Counted from the first letter of the whole stretch, positions 39,001-52,526 are shown. The stretch is 63,859 bases of DNA, filler included, from Lama guanicoe (GCA_013239625.1; 207 parts of 207 records of this genome joined end to end with filler, not necessarily neighbours in it); one strand, 5' to 3'. Numbers and translations: made by a program. Notes: generated by a model not told the origin, from the sequence alone.

Positions 39001-40476
39001 AACTTTAGTCTTACAACTTTGTCTCTCCTTTTAGCATCATCAGTTCTCCCTCTTTCCTTCAGCAGATCAATAAAAATCTCCCTCCAGACCCTTTTGACAT
39101 CTGCGCCATGTCTGTTTCCCTTTATAGCAAAACTTTTTGANNNNNNNNNNNNNNNNNNNNNNNNNNNNNNNNNNNNNNNNNNNNTTAATTAATTAANNNN
39201 NNNNNNNNNNNNNNNNNNNNNNNNNNNNNNNNNNNNNNNNGGACCACAACCCTGAGGATAAAGTCACATCATAAGCCTCAGAAGTCCTGGTTTCCCAAAA
39301 GGCTGGATTTCGTCTGGTCGGGAGGGGATGGATAAGCCTGAATGCGGACTGGAGACAGGCAGCAGGAAGGGCAAGGTGAGTAAGAGGCCTGGGTTCCCAA
39401 TGCTTTCTACTCATCCCACTTCATTGGTCACATTAATATTTTTTTTGCCNNNNNNNNNNNNNNNNNNNNNNNNNNNNNNNNNNNNNNNNNNNNTTAATTA
39501 ATTAANNNNNNNNNNNNNNNNNNNNNNNNNNNNNNNNNNNNNNNNNNNNTCCTCATCCACACAGTGGGAATCCTAGTGCCTTAAAGCATGGCTCTGGGGC
39601 GCGGGTAACACGGGCAGAGCTGTTAGCGGTCCTGGCCCAGTGTTAGCTGCTACCTGGGCTGGGCTCCTCCCTGGGGGTGGGCACTGCCAGAAGGGAGCTC
39701 AGTTTACCGTCTTGTTTATCCCCAGCCTTCTTCCAGGAGGGCTTAGCCATGCTTCTCCNNNNNNNNNNNNNNNNNNNNNNNNNNNNNNNNNNNNNNNNNN
39801 NNTTAATTAATTAANNNNNNNNNNNNNNNNNNNNNNNNNNNNNNNNNNNNNNNNNNNNTGATCAAAAATATTTTAATTATGTTAAAGAAACTCAGGAAAG
39901 GCAAAGTTTTTGCTCATGCTTGTAATTCACTCCTTTCCCCAGAACCGATAAAACCAGTAAGCTGGTAGATCAACAAATTTGAACTAAGCTGATTGAGATT
40001 TTGGATCAAAAATATAGCCAAGTACATCTTCTTCCTAACTAACAAATAAATGCCAGTATCTATCCTGNNNNNNNNNNNNNNNNNNNNNNNNNNNNNNNNN
40101 NNNNNNNNNNNTTAATTAATTAANNNNNNNNNNNNNNNNNNNNNNNNNNNNNNNNNNNNNNNNNNNNAAGCACAGAGACGTGGGCACGTTGCCTGAGCTC
40201 ACAGGCGCTAGTTCAGTGCCAGAATTTAGCGGAGGAGGTGGGGTACCCTCAGCATCCAGGTTCCCTGGGAGACGGCCCCCGATTGTCCAATCAGAAGTGG
40301 TAATCCCATCCTCCTGGCTGCCCATTAGTCCGTGCATTCTAGCTGCAGCCAATGGGTGCGTGGCAGGCCCTGGGCCNNNNNNNNNNNNNNNNNNNNNNNN
40401 NNNNNNNNNNNNNNNNNNNNTTAATTAATTAANNNNNNNNNNNNNNNNNNNNNNNNNNNNNNNNNNNNNNNNNNNN

Positions 40477-40685
40477 TCTTTACTGGTCCCTTCAACTGAC
40501 TAAACTTTAGACAGTTTGTTCCTCATTATAGACCGCTGATCTCCATTTTGTCAGAGCTTTTATTTTAGGAAAAACTTACAACTGTAAGTGTTTTTAGTGC
40601 CTCTGTGAGATGTAAATTTTCTCCCAGACTTTTTCCAGCTGGGCTGGTTTTACAATGCAGGAATGTCTTCCTCAGGAACTTGGAA
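40477..40685 (+). mobile_element. ERV1 LTR fragment (MER34-like)
   Basis: gactaaactttagacag...gagatgtaaat...ttttacaatgcaggaatgtcttcctcagga resembles MER34-group LTRs. Confidence 0.6.
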
Positions 40686-41094
40686 NNNNNNNNNNNNNNN
40701 NNNNNNNNNNNNNNNNNNNNNNNNNNNNNTTAATTAATTAANNNNNNNNNNNNNNNNNNNNNNNNNNNNNNNNNNNNNNNNNNNNAGGAGCGGAGACTGG
40801 AAATGTCATTTGGGGCCAGGTGTCAAAGGTGTTGAACTATCACACATCCTGATCTTATCTCTGCAAGCGTTTACCCGCACCCTGTTTAAGCCTTGAGGTA
40901 TCAAACAACTGTACCCTTTGAAACAGCCACCCACTGGTGGTCCTCGTGGCAGGTAGCTGAATGTTAGCTCTTCATTCTTTTCTGGGGTGGTAGCNNNNNN
41001 NNNNNNNNNNNNNNNNNNNNNNNNNNNNNNNNNNNNNNTTAATTAATTAANNNNNNNNNNNNNNNNNNNNNNNNNNNNNNNNNNNNNNNNNNNN

Positions 41095-41301
<207 letters not shown>

Positions 41302-43257
41302 CGNNNNNNNNNNNNNNNNNNNNNNNNNNNNNNNNNNNNNNNNNNNNTTAATTAATTAANNNNNNNNNNNNNNNNNNNNNNNNNNNNNNNNNNNNNNNNN
41401 NNNCTCCGAGGGGAGGGCGCCCTTCTCATCCCAAGGATGAGCACTGCAGGGGCCCTATGGTCTAGGTGTGCATATTGCCGCCCAGTCCTGGGTCCTAGAG
41501 GCTGGACCGGAGACAGGTATGTGTGCATTCTGTGACTCCACACTGCGCCCAACTCACCATCAGTGCTGGTCAGTCACGGTCAGGATTCTCACCCTGGTCC
41601 CCAGTCAGCAACNNNNNNNNNNNNNNNNNNNNNNNNNNNNNNNNNNNNNNNNNNNNTTAATTAATTAANNNNNNNNNNNNNNNNNNNNNNNNNNNNNNNN
41701 NNNNNNNNNNNNCATTATGTGGAAGGAACACCTGGCTTATATTCTTCCACTTTGCAGGAGACTCCCTATCTGATTCTGTTTCATTTCAGCTCTCCATTGG
41801 AACCTAGAATAGTCAAGAGTTTACACATTCCTACTGCAAAGAGATTGTATGGACAACTTTCATCCCTTTTCCACTCAAAGCTTAAAAAATTATGTTTTGG
41901 GGAAATTGTTGTGTCCTCTACNNNNNNNNNNNNNNNNNNNNNNNNNNNNNNNNNNNNNNNNNNNNTTAATTAATTAANNNNNNNNNNNNNNNNNNNNNNN
42001 NNNNNNNNNNNNNNNNNNNNNTTAATAACCTTACCTGTTCAACCCAGGGAACATTTGCATTGGGAAACTACCGACACACAGCTTGCAGAGCGCTTTGCCG
42101 CCATCAATACATTTCATGTTCTTAAAAAACCCCATGAAGGAGACAGCGAATTTTGTTATCTGCATTGAGAAGTTAAGTCATCTTGAGATAAAATGGTTTT
42201 CCAATAATGGATAACTAGGCAGTGGTAAGGNNNNNNNNNNNNNNNNNNNNNNNNNNNNNNNNNNNNNNNNNNNNTTAATTAATTAANNNNNNNNNNNNNN
42301 NNNNNNNNNNNNNNNNNNNNNNNNNNNNNNCAGGGCAGGGTCGGGGCACCTCTCAACTCTCCTGTGCTTTTATATGGGGTTCCTCTTCCTTGGTTCCATT
42401 AGGTGAGGTCTTGTGCCCTGATGCTCCTGCTCTTCTCCAAGGTCAGGGGTAGCACCAGAATGTCCTACCTGCTGGGAGGTCTCTGCAGGGCAGAGTGGGG
42501 AGAAGGAAAAATGGGTGCAGCCACCTTGCACCTCCCCCCNNNNNNNNNNNNNNNNNNNNNNNNNNNNNNNNNNNNNNNNNNNNTTAATTAATTAANNNNN
42601 NNNNNNNNNNNNNNNNNNNNNNNNNNNNNNNNNNNNNNNAAGGGGCAGGGCTGGGATTTGAACCTACCCCTCTGTGCATGCTACCCCCACCCCTACCCCC
42701 CATGCTGAGTCAGTCCCGCCTCCCTCTGAGCCTCAGTGTCCCCATCCAACACTGAGCTGGGTGGTTCCCAGCTGGTGATTCTCAAATGGTGTAAGTGGCC
42801 TGGGGGTGGGGCTGGGGCTGAGCACTGAGGAGCGAGTCTTTGATGAGANNNNNNNNNNNNNNNNNNNNNNNNNNNNNNNNNNNNNNNNNNNNTTAATTAA
42901 TTAANNNNNNNNNNNNNNNNNNNNNNNNNNNNNNNNNNNNNNNNNNNNGTTTAGATTATGGAGTGAAGTTGCAAACCTTGCTAGAGCTGGTATACAATGT
43001 GTGATACATGCCTATTAAATTACGGTGCAAAATCTGAAAACTTCTGAATTTCAAGACACGTCTGACTCAAGGGTTCGAGAGATGGATTGCGAACCCTCTT
43101 CTGTCCTGTTTTACTGTCTAATGCAATCATGCTCTAACAATACGATCAAAATCCCCTNNNNNNNNNNNNNNNNNNNNNNNNNNNNNNNNNNNNNNNNNNN
43201 NTTAATTAATTAANNNNNNNNNNNNNNNNNNNNNNNNNNNNNNNNNNNNNNNNNNNN

Positions 43258-43465
43258 TCTATATTCTAAATTCTATATTCAGTATTCCGTATTCTATATT
43301 TTATACCCTGTGTTCTACATTCTATATTTAAAATTATATTAAGTATTCTGTATTCTATATTCAAAACTCTGTGATCTGCATTCCGTGTTCTAATTTCTGG
43401 GTTCTATATCCACTACTCTATTTTCTATATTTGTGTTCTACATTCTATACTCTATATTTTTTATT
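43258..43465 (-). repeat. Degenerate heptamer satellite, (TATTCTA)n on the plus strand
   Basis: 7-bp periodicity throughout. It is the reverse-complement family of 45420-45628. Confidence 0.85.
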
Positions 43466-44492
43466 NNNNNNNNNNNNNNNNNNNNNNNNNNNNNNNNNNN
43501 NNNNNNNNNTTAATTAATTAANNNNNNNNNNNNNNNNNNNNNNNNNNNNNNNNNNNNNNNNNNNNAGTACCACTTCCAGTACTCTATGCAAAAAGATATA
43601 TGGTCTAAGAGTTTCAAGTGCTACTTGTAATGAATATTGGAGAAAAAAAAGTCTACCAACGGTACACACACAGAATAGGGTATTATAAACTCATGTAAAG
43701 GAATGGTAAAACGCATTGTATACTAACTGCTATGCAGTGATCTCCATGATTTGTGGTTAGGCAAAAAAAAAAAANNNNNNNNNNNNNNNNNNNNNNNNNN
43801 NNNNNNNNNNNNNNNNNNTTAATTAATTAANNNNNNNNNNNNNNNNNNNNNNNNNNNNNNNNNNNNNNNNNNNNGTGTTTCGGGTCCTACGGGTAAATAT
43901 ACAAGCTTCTGAATGAGCCTCATAATGGAGCCTTAATAACGCTCTGATTCTTCTCTCGATTACAATGCGAAGCTGAATTGTTTGCCCCGGGGATACAGAC
44001 ACGCCTGCCTGCTTGCTTTCTGATTATACAGAAGTAGTCAGAAGTCCATGATGGTAGGAATGTGAACATGTTTTACAGCCAACNNNNNNNNNNNNNNNNN
44101 NNNNNNNNNNNNNNNNNNNNNNNNNNNTTAATTAATTAANNNNNNNNNNNNNNNNNNNNNNNNNNNNNNNNNNNNNNNNNNNNAACACATCCCACAATTC
44201 ACATGGGAAAGTGAATAAGGTATTTATAATCCGTGGTTAGACTTGATCACCTGCCGCCACATTTCCCAGTGTCATTGGAGATTTAATGGCATTGACACCG
44301 ATGCCACTGGGACATGGGAAGTTGATCAGAAGGGGAACCTTCACCTTGTGTGGGTTTGCATAGACTTTTCTCTAGTAATCATCATTAATAAGNNNNNNNN
44401 NNNNNNNNNNNNNNNNNNNNNNNNNNNNNNNNNNNNTTAATTAATTAANNNNNNNNNNNNNNNNNNNNNNNNNNNNNNNNNNNNNNNNNNNN

Positions 44493-44701
44493 CATTTCTG
44501 TTTAAAGACTTCTTATTTAATAGATATTGTTAATTCAACAGTAGTAACATTGAATGCGTGGCCAACAGCAGTGAAACCCAGGCCTGAACAAAGCTGATCT
44601 AACACGTTTTCTCCACGAGGCTCATCACAGCCTTTCGCACCCAGGGCAGCACCCTAGCCCTGCACTTGGGAGCCATTTTAAACAGCAAAATCATCAAAAA
44701 A
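44493..44701 (-). mobile_element. TcMar-Tigger element (MER82/Tigger7-like)
   Basis: tttctgtttaaagac...ggccaacagca...gcctgaacaaagctgatctaacacg...gccattttaaacagcaaaatca matches the antisense start of the transposase-derived region. Confidence 0.8.
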
Positions 44702-45419
44702 NNNNNNNNNNNNNNNNNNNNNNNNNNNNNNNNNNNNNNNNNNNNTTAATTAATTAANNNNNNNNNNNNNNNNNNNNNNNNNNNNNNNNNNNNNNNNNNN
44801 NAACAAGAAAACATGGCACAGAGCCTTATACAACCTGCTACCTGCTCAGCTCAGGGTGAGATGAACACTGACTCAAAGAAACCAGCACTGAGGTTGGCTG
44901 TTTGGGACACCAGCCAAGGGGTCTGACAAAAATGTCAGCTACATCCGGAGATGTAACATGCCCCAACATGGACCCAGCACCATGTGTCCCCAACCCACCC
45001 AAGCCCAGCCNNNNNNNNNNNNNNNNNNNNNNNNNNNNNNNNNNNNNNNNNNNNTTAATTAATTAANNNNNNNNNNNNNNNNNNNNNNNNNNNNNNNNNN
45101 NNNNNNNNNNTTTTTTTTCTAATTTTAAGTTTTTTCTTAGATATATGATATAGATATGTGTTACAGGATATATGTAAGAAATTTTCAGTGAAAGAAAATC
45201 ATACCCAGTGATTGATATATGGAGTGAATTGTTTAACAGAGCAGTAACAATAGTGTTCCTAAGATTACCTAGAAGCTGTGCTAAGCCCAGTGTTCTGACA
45301 GTAAATGGGTGTGAAACCANNNNNNNNNNNNNNNNNNNNNNNNNNNNNNNNNNNNNNNNNNNNTTAATTAATTAANNNNNNNNNNNNNNNNNNNNNNNNN
45401 NNNNNNNNNNNNNNNNNNN

Positions 45420-45628
45420 TAGAACATGGATTTCAGAACACAGAATTTAGAATATAGAACACAGAATACCGAATATAGAATAGAGAATTTACACCATGGA
45501 ATGCAGAACACACAATTTAGAATATAGAATACATATTACTGATTATAGGATTTAGATAAAGAATGTAGAACACAGAAATTAGAATACAGAATATTGAATA
45601 TAGAATTTAGTATATAGAAAGTAGAACA
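45420..45628 (+). repeat. Degenerate heptamer satellite, (TAGAATA/CAGAACA)n
   Basis: About 30 units, almost all in phase: tagaaca tggattt cagaaca cagaatt tagaata tagaaca cagaata... Confidence 0.9.
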
Positions 45629-46037
45629 NNNNNNNNNNNNNNNNNNNNNNNNNNNNNNNNNNNNNNNNNNNNTTAATTAATTAANNNNNNNNNNNNNNNN
45701 NNNNNNNNNNNNNNNNNNNNNNNNNNNNCACTGAACTTAGAAAGGGGACCTGGGCGGGGCCCTGCTGCACCTACTACAAAGCACCCTGTCCAGGGATACT
45801 GCGGGTGGGTGTCAGAGCAAGGATTTTAATTCCATTCTGTTTGCTTATCACAACTTAGGTTCTCATGGAAGTAGAGAGACAGATGGACAGAGATTTGTTT
45901 ATAGTTCTAAACCAACGTTCTTATACATAAATGTATANNNNNNNNNNNNNNNNNNNNNNNNNNNNNNNNNNNNNNNNNNNNTTAATTAATTAANNNNNNN
46001 NNNNNNNNNNNNNNNNNNNNNNNNNNNNNNNNNNNNN

Positions 46038-46246
46038 AGTTTGCAGCAGAGAAGGGGTTTATTCACTAGGCAGCCAAGTGAGGAGATAGGAGAACAAATA
46101 TGAGATCTGCCTCCCAAAGGCAAGGGTCTTGGGATATTTGTGGGTAAACAGTATAGGGTGGTCAGAGGTGCAGGGAAGGGTGATTTGGAGGCAGGAAAAA
46201 GGTGGGGTATGTCTGCTCTGTGCAGGCATATCTGAGTTACATGCTT
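46038..46246 (-). mobile_element. ERV1 LTR fragment
   Basis: gcagcagagaaggggtttattcactaggcagccaagtgaggagataggaga contains antisense AATAAA in an LTR R/U5-like context. Confidence 0.65.
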
Positions 46247-47273
46247 NNNNNNNNNNNNNNNNNNNNNNNNNNNNNNNNNNNNNNNNNNNNTTAATTAATT
46301 AANNNNNNNNNNNNNNNNNNNNNNNNNNNNNNNNNNNNNNNNNNNNTTATATTATATGATCATTAAGAACTGTGACTGGCTAAAGAGATAGAGTACTTGT
46401 CTTTGAGAAGATTACCTTTTTGACAGTCTTTAAATACATCTTTCATTTCAAATAGTTAGCTATCTGTATAAAGGAAACACATTTCAAATATCTTCATGGT
46501 CTTATCTGACCTCACCATACCTTTAAGGTGTCTTGACTCATTCATATTCAGGACCNNNNNNNNNNNNNNNNNNNNNNNNNNNNNNNNNNNNNNNNNNNNT
46601 TAATTAATTAANNNNNNNNNNNNNNNNNNNNNNNNNNNNNNNNNNNNNNNNNNNNAAAACCTAACCAGAGTGTGGTTATTAAGCCCTACTGACATCATGA
46701 TTGCGTCTCCAAGCAGCTACTGCCCTAATGTCTCATTGTGAAATTAGGCACCTCCTTTACTGCGCCACGAATCTAACAACTTCTCAGGGGGCTGGCAACA
46801 ACAAACCTAGTACCTGTACTACGATGAGTGGTTTAGTGATTACCACTAAATTACAGAGGACGCTNNNNNNNNNNNNNNNNNNNNNNNNNNNNNNNNNNNN
46901 NNNNNNNNTTAATTAATTAANNNNNNNNNNNNNNNNNNNNNNNNNNNNNNNNNNNNNNNNNNNNGGAGACAGAGGGCTGCTCTCCTTGGCGAGCTTTGGA
47001 ACAAATGTCTGGCAGAGAAAAGCACCACCATTTCCAAAACAGGAAACCAGGTCTCCTCCCAAAGCTCTGAAGCTTACTTTATAATTAAGGCCAATTATCT
47101 TTACTTCAATCTGCATTTCGTGAGTTTTTTTGGGGGAAAAGCATCCGTGGGCCCGTTTTCATGGTACTTTCTTNNNNNNNNNNNNNNNNNNNNNNNNNNN
47201 NNNNNNNNNNNNNNNNNTTAATTAATTAANNNNNNNNNNNNNNNNNNNNNNNNNNNNNNNNNNNNNNNNNNNN

Positions 47274-47482
47274 AAATACTTCATGGGTGCCAGCTGTGCT
47301 GGTGCTGGGGAGACCCCACTGGGCAATACAGGCTCCTGAGCTCAAGGAGTTTGTCCCACTGCTGGGACAGGCCACGTAATAGTAGATCTGAGCTGTGGTG
47401 AATGGAAAGCGGGGTGCCTGGGGAGCTCAGCATCATGGAAGGCTTCCTGAAGGAAGGACTGTCTAAGCCAAAACTTGACAAA
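47274..47482 (-). mobile_element. LINE-2 3' fragment
   Basis: aaatacttcatgggtgccagctgtgctggtgctgggga...ctcaaggagttt...ggaaggcttcctgaagga is antisense L2. Confidence 0.65.
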
Positions 47483-48200
47483 NNNNNNNNNNNNNNNNNN
47501 NNNNNNNNNNNNNNNNNNNNNNNNNNTTAATTAATTAANNNNNNNNNNNNNNNNNNNNNNNNNNNNNNNNNNNNNNNNNNNNAGCACAGTTCTGGGCCAC
47601 AATGGGTGATAAACAAATGCAACTTTTTCCTTTCTCCTCCTGAAGGCGGAAGACTTTTCACAAAATCATTACTGAACAGAATCACCAAGTTTTGTCTCCA
47701 CAGACTTGACACATCTTACTAAGAAACAAAACCAAAGCAAACTGTCCACATTTACATAATGGCAAACATTCTGTATTGGGAAACAATTGGGNNNNNNNNN
47801 NNNNNNNNNNNNNNNNNNNNNNNNNNNNNNNNNNNTTAATTAATTAANNNNNNNNNNNNNNNNNNNNNNNNNNNNNNNNNNNNNNNNNNNNGGTTGAAAA
47901 GAAAAAGGGTGTGAGGACATGGACTTGGTGAATAGAGATACCTCGTCCCAGAAGTGTTGCTGTCAAACGGAGCGGAGAACGATGTGGTATTTGTAGGTTA
48001 TGTAGAGTCAACACAGATTTCTTTGTAAGAGGGAAGGTTACTGGGACAGTTTGCACAATGAGGGGGCTGATCCAGCAAAGAGGGAGAAACTCAGGATGCA
48101 NNNNNNNNNNNNNNNNNNNNNNNNNNNNNNNNNNNNNNNNNNNNTTAATTAATTAANNNNNNNNNNNNNNNNNNNNNNNNNNNNNNNNNNNNNNNNNNNN

Positions 48201-48409
48201 TCATATTCTTTTTCATTATAGGTTACTATAAGATATTGAATATAGTTCGTTGTGCTATACAGAAATTTGTTTTTTGTCTATTTTATATATAATAGTTAAT
48301 ATTTGTAAATCTCAAACTCCCAATTTACCCCTTCCCACCACCTTGCCCCCAGTAACCACAGTTTACTATGTCTGCAAGTCTGTTTCTGTTTTGTAGGTGA
48401 GTTCATTAG
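48201..48409 (-). mobile_element. LINE-1 3'UTR fragment, same region as 4944-5152
   Basis: Collinear similarity to 4944-5152. Confidence 0.85.
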
Positions 48410-48509
48410 NNNNNNNNNNNNNNNNNNNNNNNNNNNNNNNNNNNNNNNNNNNNTTAATTAATTAANNNNNNNNNNNNNNNNNNNNNNNNNNNNNNNNNNN
48501 NNNNNNNNN

Positions 48510-48660
48510 CTTAGAGGATTAACTCTCATTTAATCATCCAAAATCCTCTGTAATATGTGCTGCTATCACTTCTTCTTCCTTAAAAGTCATGAAAATTGTA
48601 AAGAAAGATTTGATATTTATTCAAGTCCATCCAGCAAGTTAGTATTGGAAACTCATGGAG
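48510..48660 (-). mobile_element. MIR fragment
   Basis: attaactctcatttaatcatccaaaatcctctg...caagtccatccagcaagttagt. Confidence 0.55.
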
Positions 48661-49436
48661 TCTAAGTGTCCACATCTCTACAACTAAGCATGCAATAAAA
48701 CTGATGTCATATTTTTAGNNNNNNNNNNNNNNNNNNNNNNNNNNNNNNNNNNNNNNNNNNNNTTAATTAATTAANNNNNNNNNNNNNNNNNNNNNNNNNN
48801 NNNNNNNNNNNNNNNNNNTGGGGAGGTCCACTGAGTTGCTGGGTTTGGTTTCAGGACCCTGCCTCTCAACTTCCAGCCCAGGTTGGTGCCCTGCTCCCTC
48901 TGAGCTTTGCCACCCCCTTCACGTGTGCCCAAGTTCTTGGTCCAGTTCTAAGTCAGTGGTTCTCAAGTTTTTTGACCCAAGCCTTCATTGTCCTCTATTA
49001 TTCAGGGCATCAAAGGGCTTTTGTTCANNNNNNNNNNNNNNNNNNNNNNNNNNNNNNNNNNNNNNNNNNNNTTAATTAATTAANNNNNNNNNNNNNNNNN
49101 NNNNNNNNNNNNNNNNNNNNNNNNNNNCATAACACTATGACTGAAAATTTTAAACTAATCCTTTCACATCACCACCAAAGATATTTTTCTTTTATTTCTA
49201 CAGCCTTGCTTTCTTTTCTTGAAAGATCTAAGCTGCCAAACTGTATTTAGTCAGATTTAATTCTCCAAAAGGATAAGAGCATTACTGTACAATTCTGTCT
49301 TTTCATTCAAAAAGCACAAACTTTCTGTTTTCTTGGNNNNNNNNNNNNNNNNNNNNNNNNNNNNNNNNNNNNNNNNNNNNTTAATTAATTAANNNNNNNN
49401 NNNNNNNNNNNNNNNNNNNNNNNNNNNNNNNNNNNN

Positions 49437-49645
49437 TGTCTTCTTTTTTAATGTTTATATTTACAACTATAAATTTTCCTCAGTACGGCTTCCACCATAA
49501 GTTTTGATAATGTTATGTTTTCACTTTCATTTCTCTCAAGGTATTTTCTCATTTCCCTTGTGACTTCTTTGACACACTGGTTCTTTTAAAGTGTGTCATT
49601 TAACTTATATACATTAGTGAATTTTGCAGTTTTCTTTCTGTTTTG
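49437..49645 (-). mobile_element. LINE-1 ORF2 fragment (old)
   Basis: ctataaattttcctc...ccataagttttgata (antisense YQNLW..RGKFI). Confidence 0.8.
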
Positions 49646-50054
49646 NNNNNNNNNNNNNNNNNNNNNNNNNNNNNNNNNNNNNNNNNNNNTTAATTAATTA
49701 ANNNNNNNNNNNNNNNNNNNNNNNNNNNNNNNNNNNNNNNNNNNNGTCTATCTCCACTGCCTCTGCTGAAATCCAGACCCCTATCAAGTCCTGGCAGGGG
49801 CCCCACGGTGGCACCTCCCCGGTCTCTATACTCATAGCCTCCTTGTGCCGATTTACAGCCTCTGTTGTCAGCATAATACACAGGCTGGCACATGTCACCA
49901 GCCTGCTCAGAAACCCATGTTGACACAGGAATGACCAGATTCAGGTCTTGTGGANNNNNNNNNNNNNNNNNNNNNNNNNNNNNNNNNNNNNNNNNNNNTT
50001 AATTAATTAANNNNNNNNNNNNNNNNNNNNNNNNNNNNNNNNNNNNNNNNNNNN

Positions 50055-50263
50055 ATATGATCATCTCAATAGATGCAGAAAAGCTTTTGATAAAATTCAA
50101 CATTTATGTATGATAAAAATTGTTCAGAAAGTTGGCATAGAGGGACTACATCTCAAAATAATAAAGACATATATGACATATATGACATAGCCACAGCTAA
50201 CATCATACTCAACAGTGAAAAGTTGAAAGCATTTCCTCTAATATCAGGAACAAGTCAAGGATG
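50055..50263 (+). mobile_element. LINE-1 reverse-transcriptase fragment
   Basis: MIISIDAEK...TANIILNSEKLKAFPLISGTSQG. Contains a 9-bp tandem duplication (gacatatat). Confidence 0.93.
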
Positions 50264-50672
50264 NNNNNNNNNNNNNNNNNNNNNNNNNNNNNNNNNNNNN
50301 NNNNNNNTTAATTAATTAANNNNNNNNNNNNNNNNNNNNNNNNNNNNNNNNNNNNNNNNNNNNACATTTGATGACTTTCTCTTTGCTAGGCAGCATCACA
50401 GCTACGGGGATATGAATTTGGGGAAAACAACAGCTCTCTCTATATATGAGAGCCCAGCGTTGAGGGAACCCTTTTTCAGTAGGAGTCGGAGCTCAGGTTC
50501 TATCTAGTGATGCATACTACGCGGCCTCAAATCAATACAACAAACCTGGAGCTCACTGTGCTTTTGTTATACNNNNNNNNNNNNNNNNNNNNNNNNNNNN
50601 NNNNNNNNNNNNNNNNTTAATTAATTAANNNNNNNNNNNNNNNNNNNNNNNNNNNNNNNNNNNNNNNNNNNN

Positions 50673-50881
50673 AAAATAAAGGGAAATGATAAAGATTAGA
50701 CCAGAAATAAACAAAATAAATAACAGTAGAACAATTTTTAAAATCAAGAAAACTAAAAAAAGAAAGAAAATTGTGTTGGCTTTTGAAAATGTAGACAAAA
50801 TTGACTTCTTTGGCTAGCTTAATTAAGAAAAAAGAACACTCAAATAAATAAAGTCAAAATTGAAAGAGAAGGCATTACAAC
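50673..50881 (+). mobile_element. LINE-1 ORF2 fragment (post-endonuclease region, old)
   Basis: A-rich sequence with gaaatgataaagattagaccagaaataaacaaaata (EIIKIRAEINEI-like) and acaaaattgac. Confidence 0.8.
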
Positions 50882-51599
50882 NNNNNNNNNNNNNNNNNNN
50901 NNNNNNNNNNNNNNNNNNNNNNNNNTTAATTAATTAANNNNNNNNNNNNNNNNNNNNNNNNNNNNNNNNNNNNNNNNNNNNTTCCTTCCACTTACACAAT
51001 CTAACCCATTTTCCATTCCCAACATTATCAGTGTTTTTCAGGCCATTATCATCTTATACGTATCACTTTAGTCTCCAAATTAATCTCTGTCCTCAAATTC
51101 TCAGAACATTGCTCTTCTTGCCCACACACACACACAAATAAATACTCATTCTCACGTATGCCAAATCCATTATTCTCAATCTTGATCTTANNNNNNNNNN
51201 NNNNNNNNNNNNNNNNNNNNNNNNNNNNNNNNNNTTAATTAATTAANNNNNNNNNNNNNNNNNNNNNNNNNNNNNNNNNNNNNNNNNNNNCACCATTACC
51301 TAAGATACTCTCCAAGAGGAGTTGGGTCAGGAGTTGGTGTTTTCCTTTTGAAATGGATGTCACTGGCCAAAGGATATATTTAAGATACATAGCCTTGCAT
51401 TTGAGGAGGGTGATATTCTACAGGATAGAGTTGTTTAGCATTCTGTATGGATATAACTTTTCTGTATGGGCTACTGCATAAAAAGAAATGTTAGTGTTCN
51501 NNNNNNNNNNNNNNNNNNNNNNNNNNNNNNNNNNNNNNNNNNNTTAATTAATTAANNNNNNNNNNNNNNNNNNNNNNNNNNNNNNNNNNNNNNNNNNNN

Positions 51600-51656
51600 T
51601 TTTAACCCACTCAGCTTCTTGTAGTTTGTTACAGCAGCAATGAAAAATTAATTCAC
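51600..51656 (+). mobile_element. MaLR LTR 3' end
   Basis: tttaacccactcag...gtagtttgttacagcagcaatgaaaaattaattca. Confidence 0.65.
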
Positions 51657-51908
51657 CCTCCATACCTGGCATCCACCCCACAGTTTCCCACAGCTCCGCC
51701 TTCTCCCCAGAGCTCCGCCCCCTCTGTCTCTAAGTCACAGAGCCCCAGGTACCGGCGCAGCTGGGAGTCGGAATCCCAATCTGGTGCAACCTCGTATCAA
51801 ATATTGATNNNNNNNNNNNNNNNNNNNNNNNNNNNNNNNNNNNNNNNNNNNNTTAATTAATTAANNNNNNNNNNNNNNNNNNNNNNNNNNNNNNNNNNNN
51901 NNNNNNNN

Positions 51909-52117
51909 TAGCTCGTTAGCCCAATAGACTGACACTAAACTTCAGATTTATGAGTTAAAACAGCAGAATTTATATCAGTAAACTGACACTTAACACATTT
52001 AGATTTGTGACATAGCTCGTTAGCCCAATATACTGACACAAACCTTCAGGTTTATGAGTTAACCCAACAGAACTCAGATCAGTAATCCGACTATTGTTGC
52101 ACTTAGATTTGTGACTT
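51909..52117. repeat. Tandem repeat, two 104-bp units (satellite-like)
   Basis: tagctcgttagcccaata starts at 51909 and again at 52013. Both units end in ttagatttgtgac. Confidence 0.9.
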
Positions 52118-52526
52118 NNNNNNNNNNNNNNNNNNNNNNNNNNNNNNNNNNNNNNNNNNNNTTAATTAATTAANNNNNNNNNNNNNNNNNNNNNNNNNNN
52201 NNNNNNNNNNNNNNNNNAGGATGGGTGTCTTCTGCTTCACGTCTAGCCAGTTCCACCTCCTGCCTTTGCTTCTTGCGGATGGCTTTATCCCACTGTCTTC
52301 CCAGGATCATGTCCATGTGTTCATTCCTTGATGAATCCATTTGTCAGCAGAGATTTCTGGAGGACCCAGAAAGGGTTTGGGGCCCACAGAAATGGTAAGA
52401 TCAGCTGTCCGGCCTCAGGCTGCTGGNNNNNNNNNNNNNNNNNNNNNNNNNNNNNNNNNNNNNNNNNNNNTTAATTAATTAANNNNNNNNNNNNNNNNNN
52501 NNNNNNNNNNNNNNNNNNNNNNNNNN

